Positions 29,649 through 37,541 of a stretch of 64,000 bases of DNA are shown piece by piece. The notes under the pieces are model-generated. The model was not told the origin of the DNA and did no database searches. It saw only the letters and a list, made by a program, of their open reading frames with translations. Origin of the DNA: an uncultured Chloroflexia bacterium (GTDB lineage Bacteria; Chloroflexota; Anaerolineae; Anaerolineales; UBA11858); assembly GCA_963695575.1 (NCBI GenBank), contig CAVOGS010000009.1, positions 3,329 through 67,328 on the forward strand. Reading direction: 5' to 3'. The position numbers were made by a program, and so were the translations under genes. Positions within the stretch are counted from its first letter, which is position 1. Every line of letters begins with the position of its first letter.

Positions 29649-30278
29649 TTATTTTATTTGGTCAGGTAGGCTTCTTTCAGCCGGGATTTGTAGTGAATCC
29701 AGATGCCGATCGCTGTCGTAATAGACCCGGATATTTACTGTGTCCCGTAAAAAATTTATTCTCCCAATTTCCAGGCGTTTGATGGATAGCCCTGTTCGAT
29801 TTTCAAGGTCTTCCAGCAGCAAAGCGCGATTTTCAGGCTGGATGAGGTTGATCTTCTCATAGGTTATGGATTGGGATGATTCAAAGGCAAACCCCCATCC
29901 ATTTTCGAGAATAAAAAGGAAAACGATCACTGACAGGTTAGCAATCAGTAATTTTGCCCAATGATCCCCTGTTGCGGCGGTTGCGTTCATGACTGGCAGG
30001 GCAGCAATGATGAAAAGATAGGTCATTTCCCTGATGGGGATAGGATTGGTCCGGTACCGCAGGACCGAGAAGATGGCAAAAAGACCAAATCCAACCCCGA
30101 TGCTCATTTCAACGCTGGTCATCATGCTCAGCACGAGGAAGATGATCAGGTTAAAAGCAAGGAATGTAAAGACATATTTTTTACTGCGGTGTTTTGGGTA
30201 ATAGATCCAGCGCACCACGATGATTGATGTGGCCAGGTTCAGCCCATAGGCAATTAGAAAATCAGTAAATCCGTTCAT
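29649..30278 (-). CDS. DUF4956-like polytopic membrane protein
   Basis: This 209-aa ORF has 4 predicted TM helices and a soluble C-terminal tail. It overlaps the upstream VTC-domain gene by 17 nt. Confidence 0.65.
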   Translation of the reverse strand: MNGFTDFLIAYGLNLATSIIVVRWIYYPKHRSKKYVFTFLAFNLIIFLVLSMMTSVEMSIGVGFGLFAIFSVLRYRTNPIPIREMTYLFIIAALPVMNATAATGDHWAKLLIANLSVIVFLFILENGWGFAFESSQSITYEKINLIQPENRALLLEDLENRTGLSIKRLEIGRINFLRDTVNIRVYYDSDRHLDSLQIPAERSLPDQIK

Positions 30279-31116
30279 GTTTTTTGTCTCCTGCCAACAG
30301 GTTGTCGACCTGATGAAGTATGGGTTTAAATCGATTGTGTTTGATCTCGGGATTTAATAGACTGATCCCGATACAGTATTTACTGAATGAAGATGATCGG
30401 ATCCCTCTCGTTTTTAATTGAGCCATAAATGGAGATCCGGGATTGTAGCCTGCCTGTTTGACCTCCGCGATCATCAACCCATCTAACGTTAGGGCATCTC
30501 TCCCGTTATCGAAGGCAAGCCGGCTGTCTAAAGTGATCCTTTCCAGATTGTCATTATTCACCAGCGTGGTGCGGGTATAACGGACCTCAAGAGTGGGATG
30601 CAGCTCTTCCACCGGAAAAGGCAGGTTGGCTGATAAAAACCTGCCCTCGCTTTTTGTGAACCGATCCAGATGATTTTCAGTTTCTATCCGTTTTTTCCGG
30701 GTTCGTTTGCGGTTGTCTTTGTGTTTCACTTCCAGGAAGTTTTGCTGGGAATCCAGGTATGTTCGCTGGCGGATTTTCCATCGCTGACCGGCACCACGTT
30801 GATGCTGCTGAAAGAACAGATAATCAGGCGTATCGTAATACACCGTCCGGTAATTGCAGATTCGCAGACCCCCGATTTCCAGGACACGGTAAGCGGCTTT
30901 CAGCTCCGGTAGCAGGTTGGAAATTTTCTTATCCCTGAAGATGTATTTTGTCTCCTGGCGGTCCATCAGGGCGGCCCTGCCCAATTGATTCAAATAAACA
31001 GCTGAGAACAGCTCCAGCAGGGATTGGAGTGATTCCCGGCCGGTGTTTAATACCGGGAAAGCCGGTACTAATAGTTTTTGTGGAGTTTCGTGATCTAGTA
31101 ATAAAATGCTGTTCAT
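30262..31116 (-). CDS. VTC-domain (polyphosphate-polymerase-like, CYTH/triphosphate-tunnel fold) protein
   Basis: This 284-aa ORF shows the alternating basic residues typical of tunnel strands (RWKIRQRTY, LEVKHKDNRKRTRKKR, EVRYTRTT), and ETKYIF near the N-terminus. Confidence 0.7.
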   Translation of the reverse strand: MNSILLLDHETPQKLLVPAFPVLNTGRESLQSLLELFSAVYLNQLGRAALMDRQETKYIFRDKKISNLLPELKAAYRVLEIGGLRICNYRTVYYDTPDYLFFQQHQRGAGQRWKIRQRTYLDSQQNFLEVKHKDNRKRTRKKRIETENHLDRFTKSEGRFLSANLPFPVEELHPTLEVRYTRTTLVNNDNLERITLDSRLAFDNGRDALTLDGLMIAEVKQAGYNPGSPFMAQLKTRGIRSSSFSKYCIGISLLNPEIKHNRFKPILHQVDNLLAGDKKHERIY

Positions 31117-31283
31117 GTCAGATCCTTTATGATCCCTTGTAGGGTACCGGGCAATTGTTAAGGAATGTTTGGGTTAATGTAAAAAACCAGTAAAGGGCAG
31201 AGCTTTGGTGATCAGGATGGGGTTTTGGAATGGATTTTGGCATTGACGAGCTGACGCCAAATCCGTGCTACAATATCGTTATC

Positions 31284-31694
31284 ATGACAGAGAAAAAAAA
31301 GGCCCCAGCGGGATCAAGTTTTTGGCAAATTATATTTCCAACGTTGATTGGAACGAGCCTGCTTATGCTCGCGGGTATCTGGGTTGTCCTTTATACAAGC
31401 CCGGGAAATATTTCCAGATTTGCGGAATTATCCACAGTGCTTTTGGTGATCCCGGTCTTGTTTGGTTCAGTGCTTGTGATGCTGCTCTTAGGCGCGTTGA
31501 TAGCTCTGGTCTTAAAGATCATCCAGGTTTTGCCGTCCATAACTGGAAAGATTCTTGAGGTATTACAACAGGTCCAGGATGTTGTAGAGGGATTATCGAA
31601 AAATTCGGTCAAACCGATTGTTCGCCCCGCCGCTCTAATGGCAGGTATCCGGCGACTCTTTTCTAAAGATGATTCCCGAGTTCAGATAGATTGA
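31284..31694 (+). CDS. Hypothetical membrane protein
   Basis: The ORF 31230-31694 is trimmed to ATG 31284 (MTEKKKAPAGSSFWQIIFPTLIG..). It has 3 hydrophobic segments. Confidence 0.5.
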   Translation: MTEKKKAPAGSSFWQIIFPTLIGTSLLMLAGIWVVLYTSPGNISRFAELSTVLLVIPVLFGSVLVMLLLGALIALVLKIIQVLPSITGKILEVLQQVQDVVEGLSKNSVKPIVRPAALMAGIRRLFSKDDSRVQID

Positions 31695-31711
31695 TAAAGG
31701 TGGTAGGTGCT

Positions 31712-31930
31712 ATGAATGCTGAAAATCAGGATCAGGAACAAGGCTCTAACTATTTACCATATATCATCCTCGGTGCCGTCCTGGGAGCGATCACAGGTGC
31801 CGGCGCGGGATATTTACTCACCAAACGTATTGAAGAAGGCGAGGAAATCCAACTCACTGCTGGTGATGGCATCAAATTGGGGGGATCGATTATTACCTTT
31901 TTAAGGCAGGTTTCGAATCTGGGTAGCTAG
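31712..31930 (+). CDS. Small hypothetical membrane protein
   Basis: The ATG at 31712 follows AAGGTGGTAGG. The 72-aa product has one Gly-rich TM segment (ILGAVLGAITGAGAGYLL). Confidence 0.45.
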   Translation: MNAENQDQEQGSNYLPYIILGAVLGAITGAGAGYLLTKRIEEGEEIQLTAGDGIKLGGSIITFLRQVSNLGS

Positions 31931-31957
31931 GCCAGATTTCTGGATTATCTCAACTAT

Positions 31958-32985
31958 ATGGCTCACCAAAATCCCACACCCCGGGATGTCTTTGTGGGAG
32001 AGTTCCGACGGGAATATTCTCTTACTTCTGAGGAAGAATGGATCCTGGACGCTCCTGGCGGTAATGCTCTTTATGCTGCAGTGGGATATCGAGTCTGGGA
32101 AAAAGATCAGGTCCCGGATTATTAACCCGGGTAGGTGAGGATTTTCCACAAAGCTGGTTGGAAGATTTTTCCAGCCAGGGACTCGATGTGAACGGTGTTG
32201 ATTGTTCTTCCTCAAGCTAGTGGATCTAAGATCCTGTTTTATACAACAAAGAAACTCGACTGACTCTGGTTGGAGATCCCATTCCTTATTTATCCCGACA
32301 AGGTGTTCCCTTGCCGCCGGGGTTGATAGGCTGTCCGGATCCAAATCAAAAACCAGATAATCGCCGGACAGTTCAAGTCACTGCAATCCGGGAAGGCGAT
32401 ATTCCCCCCGCTTACCTGACAGCTACAGGCGCCCACCTCTGTCCGCTGGATTACCTTTCCCATAATTTACTGCCTGCGATTTTACGCCAGCAGGGCTTTT
32501 CTACGGTCACTCTTGATCCATCCCCCTCATATATGAATTCCAACTATTTCGGGGATATCCCGGCCTTGATCACGGGATTGACCGCTTTTTTGCCATCAGA
32601 ACAGGATTTATTGAACCTGTATAAAGGTAAATCAGCAGATCTTTGGGAAATAGCAGCTGATTTGGGCCGTTATGGATGTGAATTGGTGGTTATTAAAAAG
32701 GGAGCTGCCGGGCAGTATTTATACGATAGCGCCTCAGGTAAAAAATGGGAGATCACTTCCTATCCTGCCCGGGTTAAAAATCCCAGCGGCGCAGGCAGTT
32801 CATTCTGCGGAGGTTTTTTGGCAGGCTTAAGGCAGACTTTTGATCCACTTCAGGCGGTCTTGTATGGCAGCGTTGCTGCCTCACTGGTTATTGAAGGCTC
32901 CGGTCCGTTTTTTGCCCTGCAAGCCCTGCCGGGATTGGCAAAGGCCAGGCTGGAAGCTTTGCAGGGGGCTGTTCGGGAGATCTAG
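31958..32985 (+). pseudogene. PfkB-family carbohydrate/nucleoside kinase, at least 3 frameshifts or stops in the N-terminal half
   Basis: The ATG at 31958 starts MAHQNPTPRDVFVGEF..DAPGGNALYAAVGY. The pieces then lie in other frames (..RVGEDFPQSWLEDFSSQGLDVNG..). The C-terminal ORF 32311-32985 carries NPSGAGSSFCGGFLAGL, a GAGD-type motif with Ser in place of Asp. Confidence 0.75.
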
Positions 32986-33069
32986 AAACGTGTATCTGAC
33001 GTTGTGAATAGTAAATGGATCAGATTCCATCTGGGGTAAAGGAATGTCTTGTCCTCTGTCGCCGGTATA

Positions 33070-34287
33070 TCATCCCCTTGGTTTGATATCCAAATACCCT
33101 TCCCCATCAAATAACACTGACATCCGCTCAGCTTCAACCCCCATTATCTTACTGTTGGCAAAAAACGGAAAATCAAAAGTTGTCTTGTCGCCAGCCTTTT
33201 TCCCCGGAATGGGCATTAGTCTGGCTGTGAGAGGTTTATCCAGCCTGAGAGATAAGGCCGCGACGTCCATTAAAACCGCGCTGATCTGATCTGCGCTGAT
33301 ATCTCCTGGTAAAGGGACGGTGTCCAATCCGGTGCCGCAAACTGCGGAATAGAGCAGCAGATCTTTAACTTCCAAACTGCCCCCGGCCGCACGTTGTGCG
33401 AGAATGGAATCTTCCAGAACAGGCAGCATTAAGCCGCTGAAACCAGTTCGTGAAATTTTGGCTCGATCGATAGTGTCGGCCAGAAAAGCTGCTGCGGCGA
33501 GGGATCCATGCTGGCCGATCTTTTGAATACCAAGAGATTCCAGTGCTCTGCCGATTGAAGACGAACTTTCCGGAAATGGTGCCAGGGAGTAATCGATGCC
33601 TTCAAATTTGATCCCAGTGCTGGATTCCAATTTGTTAGCGAAATTAGTCAGTGTCGTGTCGAGTTCTTCCAGCACCGAAATTAGATTATTCCGCGCTTCT
33701 TCAAAATCCAGGTTTTGTTGAAAGGCAAGGATGGCCAGATCAGCTGCTTCAACTGCGATAGCAAATGAGGGCCAGTTGTCATGATGATAAGCCGCGGGGA
33801 AAAAAGGTGATCCGGCTTGTACGTTGCCAAGGGCGGCGAAATAAAGGTTGGAAAAACCATTCGGGTCCTGGGGTGCCAAACGATGAATGATCTCCCCGCA
33901 AGCTTTTACTGCTCTCAGTGATATCCCACTCCCGGTTTGGGTCATTAAACCGGAGCAGAACGTGTTTTGAGTGGATTGGATCAGATCAGGTACCAGGTTG
34001 TAGCTATCAGGATGGTCTGGCAGCGCAGGGCCGAGAGATATATATTCAAATCCTTCTTCGGCCAGAGTATTTTCCAGTTTCACGGCATAATCCAAAATTT
34101 GCTCCCCGCTTAACCCCGAAAGGAACTGTGGGAAAGGGGGGGTGGCAAAACGGACAGTTTGGAGTTCCAGATCGCACTCTTTGCCAAATATAAACGCCTT
34201 TTTGGCTAAATTGGCGGAGAGCTGGATGATATTTTCATCGATGGCGGGGCCAGGATTGGCAAATAGAGTGACTGAGCGTATTTTCAT
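33070..34287 (-). CDS. UPF0210/DUF711-like protein
   Basis: This is a 405-aa ORF (MKIRSVTLFANPG..). The assignment is from memory of the family N-terminus and size. Confidence 0.5.
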   Translation of the reverse strand: MKIRSVTLFANPGPAIDENIIQLSANLAKKAFIFGKECDLELQTVRFATPPFPQFLSGLSGEQILDYAVKLENTLAEEGFEYISLGPALPDHPDSYNLVPDLIQSTQNTFCSGLMTQTGSGISLRAVKACGEIIHRLAPQDPNGFSNLYFAALGNVQAGSPFFPAAYHHDNWPSFAIAVEAADLAILAFQQNLDFEEARNNLISVLEELDTTLTNFANKLESSTGIKFEGIDYSLAPFPESSSSIGRALESLGIQKIGQHGSLAAAAFLADTIDRAKISRTGFSGLMLPVLEDSILAQRAAGGSLEVKDLLLYSAVCGTGLDTVPLPGDISADQISAVLMDVAALSLRLDKPLTARLMPIPGKKAGDKTTFDFPFFANSKIMGVEAERMSVLFDGEGYLDIKPRG

Positions 34288-34309
34288 AAATCACCGGGAT
34301 GAGAAAATT

Positions 34310-35434
34310 CTAGTTTTTGGTTTTATTTGTGATGTCATCCTGTTGGGCCTGTTCTTTGCGATACAGCTCCCTGACATCATCAATGGATTGATATTTACCC
34401 CGGCCGTTTTTAACAAACCAGTACAGCCATCCATTGGCGGGTTTGCCTTTCAGGATATGTTTGGTTGTTTGATGGATCGAACCTTCAAAATTCCCATAAA
34501 GGAGAATTCCGTTGGGTTTGACTTTTGCGACCAGAGCCGGGTCCTGGTTAAAATACAGGGATTGCCCGGGTTTGATATAGCCGGCTTCGAGCAGCCGCGA
34601 AAATGCGACCCGGGCAGCAAGGCGTTTTTCATCCCTGACCTTAAAGGCCTCAGGACTGTAGTCTTCTTCCTGGATCTGGTCAATTCGTTTTTTTGCGATC
34701 GGTATATAAGTCGGGTCATTCTCGATTCCAATCCAGTTTCGATGCAGGATTTTTGCGGCAGCGCCGGTTGTGCCTGTCCCAAAAAATGGATCAAGGACCA
34801 CATCATCTGGATTTGTGGATGCCAACAATACCCTGTAAAGCAGGGAAAGTGGTTTTTGAGTTGAATGGGCGCTCTCGCCATTGACCCGGATGCGTTCTTT
34901 GCCTTTGCAGATGGGCATTTCCCAGGTGCTGCGCATTTGTTTGCCATCGTTAAAAGGCTTCATGGCGTGGTAGTTGATGGTGTATTTACTGTTTTTATTC
35001 TTTTTGGCCCAGATCAGCGTTTCGTGGGCATTTGTGAAACGAACGCCCATGAAATTGGGCATGGGGTTGGTCTTTTCCCAGATAATCTCATTGATCACCC
35101 AGAAACCAATATCCTGGAGGGATTTTCCCACCCGGTAAATATTATGATATGTTCCTATCACCCAGATAGCGCCATTGGGTTTCAGCAGTCGATGGGCTGC
35201 TTTTAACCAGGTGGTTGTGAATTCGTCATAAGCCTGATAGTTGGCAAACTTGTCCCACTCGTCGTCCACACCTTCCACCTTGCTGAAATCAGGCCGCAGT
35301 AAATTGCCTTTGATCTGCATGTTATAAGGCGGATCAGCAAAGATCAAGTCAATAGAGCTTTTTGGCAGATCGTTCATGACTTGAACTGCGTCACCGGATA
35401 TGATCTGATTAAGGGGCAAGGCGCTTTTTGTCAT
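34310..35434 (-). CDS. Beta-class N6-adenine DNA methyltransferase, CcrM/M.HinfI-like (probable GANTC specificity), with a CcrM-type C-terminal domain
   Basis: This 374-aa ORF has IFADPPYN (motif IV) before FFGTGTTG (motif I). Its C-terminal ~90 aa read ..VAFSRLLEAGYIKPGQSLY..GSIHQ..PANGWLYWF..IDDVR.., as in CcrM. Confidence 0.85.
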   Translation of the reverse strand: MTKSALPLNQIISGDAVQVMNDLPKSSIDLIFADPPYNMQIKGNLLRPDFSKVEGVDDEWDKFANYQAYDEFTTTWLKAAHRLLKPNGAIWVIGTYHNIYRVGKSLQDIGFWVINEIIWEKTNPMPNFMGVRFTNAHETLIWAKKNKNSKYTINYHAMKPFNDGKQMRSTWEMPICKGKERIRVNGESAHSTQKPLSLLYRVLLASTNPDDVVLDPFFGTGTTGAAAKILHRNWIGIENDPTYIPIAKKRIDQIQEEDYSPEAFKVRDEKRLAARVAFSRLLEAGYIKPGQSLYFNQDPALVAKVKPNGILLYGNFEGSIHQTTKHILKGKPANGWLYWFVKNGRGKYQSIDDVRELYRKEQAQQDDITNKTKN

Positions 35435-35464
35435 AGAGTTGTGATTCTCATTTTTTATTTTTCT

Positions 35465-36244
35465 TTATTTGTTGAGCAGATTTCTCTGCCGGAGAACCTC
35501 AAAGAGCAGAACAGCCCCGGACACGGCTGCGTTTAATGATTCTGAGGCGGGATTCATCGGGATATGAATGGTGTTTGAAGCCAATCCCCGGGCGGATTTG
35601 CCAGGGCCGTGAGCTTCGCTGCCGATAATTAATCCTACTCGTCCGCCCAAGTCCGTTTCCCAGAGACTTTTACCTTCATTCATATCAGCCAGAAAGAGAG
35701 TAAGGCCGGCTGTGATTCTGGAAATTTCGGCGTAATCGGTTTTTATGACTGGAAGCCGGAAATGAGCCCCCATCCCCGCCCTGATAACCTTAGGTGAATA
35801 GGGATCCACCGATCCGGGACTGAGGATCAATAGATCGGCTTCTGCGGCCAGACAGGATCGAACTAAAGTGCCCAGATTGCCTGGGTCCCGGATTTTATCG
35901 GCAATCAGGACCAGGTTGAGTTTTTCTGGTACAGGGGCTGGGTCGATCGGGAAAACAGCCAGGATGCCCTGGGGAGTTTCAGTATCACTGGCAGCCTTGA
36001 ATACTTCCGGCGCGGCCTCCTCGCAGGGAATGTTTCGGTCTTGGAATACTTTCAATAGACCCCAACCCCTCTGATCAAGTTCGGAAGTATACAGCACCTG
36101 GTTCGGGTAACGGCCGGCCTTATGGGCCTCCTCCAGTATCCGGATTCCCTCCACAACATAAAGGCCTTCTTTTTTACGGGCCTTTCCCTGGGAAGATAAT
36201 TGGCTGATGTGTTTGATCTTCGAATTTTGTCGGGAAGTGATCAT
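35465..36244 (-). CDS. TrmH/SpoU-family RNA 2'-O-methyltransferase
   Basis: The ORF 35465-36310 is trimmed to ATG 36244 because its 5' end overlaps the rplT terminator. The SpoU motifs are ..LADKIRDPGNLGTLVRS.., ..LIIGSEAHG.., ..IPMNPASESLNAAVSGAVLLFE... Confidence 0.8.
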   Translation of the reverse strand: MITSRQNSKIKHISQLSSQGKARKKEGLYVVEGIRILEEAHKAGRYPNQVLYTSELDQRGWGLLKVFQDRNIPCEEAAPEVFKAASDTETPQGILAVFPIDPAPVPEKLNLVLIADKIRDPGNLGTLVRSCLAAEADLLILSPGSVDPYSPKVIRAGMGAHFRLPVIKTDYAEISRITAGLTLFLADMNEGKSLWETDLGGRVGLIIGSEAHGPGKSARGLASNTIHIPMNPASESLNAAVSGAVLLFEVLRQRNLLNK

Positions 36245-36301
36245 TTTGGTTACGACCGGAGGAAGTTTTGAGGTTTGTAGTAGCAGAATCGATTGTAGCA
36301 T

Positions 36302-36332
36302 TAAAAACAAAAAGGACAGGTAGCCCTGTCCT
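36302..36332 (-). terminator. Intrinsic terminator after rplT
   Basis: The minus strand reads AGGACAGG-GCTA-CCTGTCCT followed by TTTTTGTTTTT. Confidence 0.85.
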
Positions 36333-36355
36333 CTCTGGTTTTGGATTTTCCTAAT

Positions 36356-36712
36356 CTAGGCGACGGCTTTTTTTGCCTTTTCAACAACCTCAGCAAATGC
36401 TTCCGGATGGCGGACAGCCAGGTCGGCCATCATTTTGCGATTGAGGTTGATCTTGGCCTCTTTTAACCCGTAGATCAAACGGCTGTAGGTCATCCCATTG
36501 ATCCGTGAGGCGGCGTTGATCCTGGTGATCCAGAGCCGGCGCAGATCGCGCTTCCTTGTCCGTCGGTCCCGGTATTCATACCAGAGGGCCTTTAACATGG
36601 CCTCGTTTGCTCGGCGGTAAAGTTTGCTCCTGGTGCCGTAGTTGCCCTTGGCCATGCGGAGGATTTTTTTGTGCCGACGACGGCGATTCGTTCCTGTTTT
36701 TACTCGTGACAT
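36356..36712 (-). CDS. rplT: 50S ribosomal protein L20
   Basis: The 118-aa product starts at ATG 36712 ([26 protein letters not shown]..). AGGAG lies 8 nt upstream. The longer ORF to 36835 is non-homologous leader sequence. Confidence 0.95.
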   Translation of the reverse strand: MSRVKTGTNRRRRHKKILRMAKGNYGTRSKLYRRANEAMLKALWYEYRDRRTRKRDLRRLWITRINAASRINGMTYSRLIYGLKEAKINLNRKMMADLAVRHPEAFAEVVEKAKKAVA

Positions 36713-36846
36713 TCTATACTCTCCTGCAAACCCCTGGGCGCCGGTTGCCTTTCGGCACCTGTTACCGCACCCAGCAGCTGCGATACTTGATATTACAGCC
36801 CGGTTAATATACCATATCAAACTTGTTTTGCACACCCAGAAAGAAG
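36713..36846 (-). promoter_or_regulatory. Structured untranslated spacer upstream of rplT (candidate L20 autoregulatory leader)
   Basis: On the minus strand, a hairpin CUGGGUGC..GCGCCCAG (36734-36774) encloses GGUGCC-GAAA-GGCAACC with a GNRA tetraloop, just 5' of the SD. The spacer holds no L35 ORF. Confidence 0.4.
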
Positions 36847-36873
36847 AACGGTTCAGGCTGTTATTAAACCGTT
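36847..36873 (-). terminator. Hairpin after infC (terminator/attenuator)
   Basis: The 7-bp stem AACGGTT / AACCGTT is followed on the minus strand by CTTCTTTCT. Confidence 0.4.
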
Positions 36874-36908
36874 TTTATTACCTCTGGTAAATTTGATAGA
36901 TGAGAGAT

Positions 36909-37424
36909 TTATTCTTTAGCAGGGGCTATGACCATTAACATGGAATAGCCTTCCCGGGATGGTCTTTGCTCTACCACGCCAACATCGCTCAGCTCTTCGG
37001 CGATCTGGTCCAGCATTTTTAAAGCAATCTCGGGATAATGCACTTCACGACCCCGGAATTGAACCCGGACGTTCACCTTTTTCTTGCTTTCCAGCCACCT
37101 TCTGGCGTCACGTACTTTAAAATTCGCGTGATGGTCAGTTGTTTTGGGCCGCAGGCGAATCTCTTTTACTTCCACAATTTTTTGAGATTTGCGGGCCTTT
37201 TGGCGCTTCTTTTCCTGCTCATAGAGGAACTTCCCAAGATCCATCACCTTACATACAGGTGGATCGGCATTGGGAGCAACCTCTACAAGGTCCATTTCAG
37301 CATCTTTGGCGATCTGTTGGGCTTCTTCTATCGGGACTACACCTATGTTCTCCCCGGCGGCACCCACAAGGCGAACCTCGCGAGCCCTGATACGATCATT
37401 TGCCCGATAATTAATGTCTCCTAT
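36909..37424 (-). CDS. infC: Translation initiation factor IF-3, probable non-AUG (AUA/AUU) start
   Basis: The listed ORF starts at GTG 37367, but the frame stays open upstream through AIGDINYRANDRIRAREVRLVG. AAGGAG (37431-37436) lies 6 nt before the in-frame ATA at 37424, and an ATT at 37415 is also in frame. Confidence 0.85.
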   Translation of the reverse strand: MGDINYRANDRIRAREVRLVGAAGENIGVVPIEEAQQIAKDAEMDLVEVAPNADPPVCKVMDLGKFLYEQEKKRQKARKSQKIVEVKEIRLRPKTTDHHANFKVRDARRWLESKKKVNVRVQFRGREVHYPEIALKMLDQIAEELSDVGVVEQRPSREGYSMLMVIAPAKE

Positions 37425-37541
37425 TGCATTCTCCTTTTTATAAATTCCATTTAGACTTCAATAATACCATTATTTTGGGAATAACGTCAACGAACAGAGG
37501 GGGCAGAGAGCTTCTTGCAAGCCCAATCTGCCCCCATTTTT

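Noticed and set aside
31901-32344. A 147-aa minus-strand ORF overlapping the pfkB fragments.
   Set aside because: It is antisense to collinear PfkB-homologous pieces and has an implausible composition.
34142-34864. A 240-aa ORF antisense to the 5' part of DUF711 and the 3' part of the methyltransferase.
   Set aside because: It spans the intergenic gap and overlaps two well-supported genes on the other strand. It has no motifs and no SD.
33070-36310. A restriction-modification system around the adenine methyltransferase.
   Set aside because: No endonuclease-like ORF is present on either side or strand. The neighbours are a DUF711-like gene and a TrmH-family RNA methylase.
36713-36835. The 41-codon N-terminal extension of the L20 ORF ([14 protein letters not shown]..).
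   Set aside because: It is not homologous to L20. A canonical ATG with an SD at 36712 gives the conserved MSRVKTG start.
36713-36908. An expected rpmI (L35) gene between infC and rplT.
   Set aside because: No Lys/Arg-rich ORF is present in any frame. The region contains hairpins and promoter-like sequence instead.
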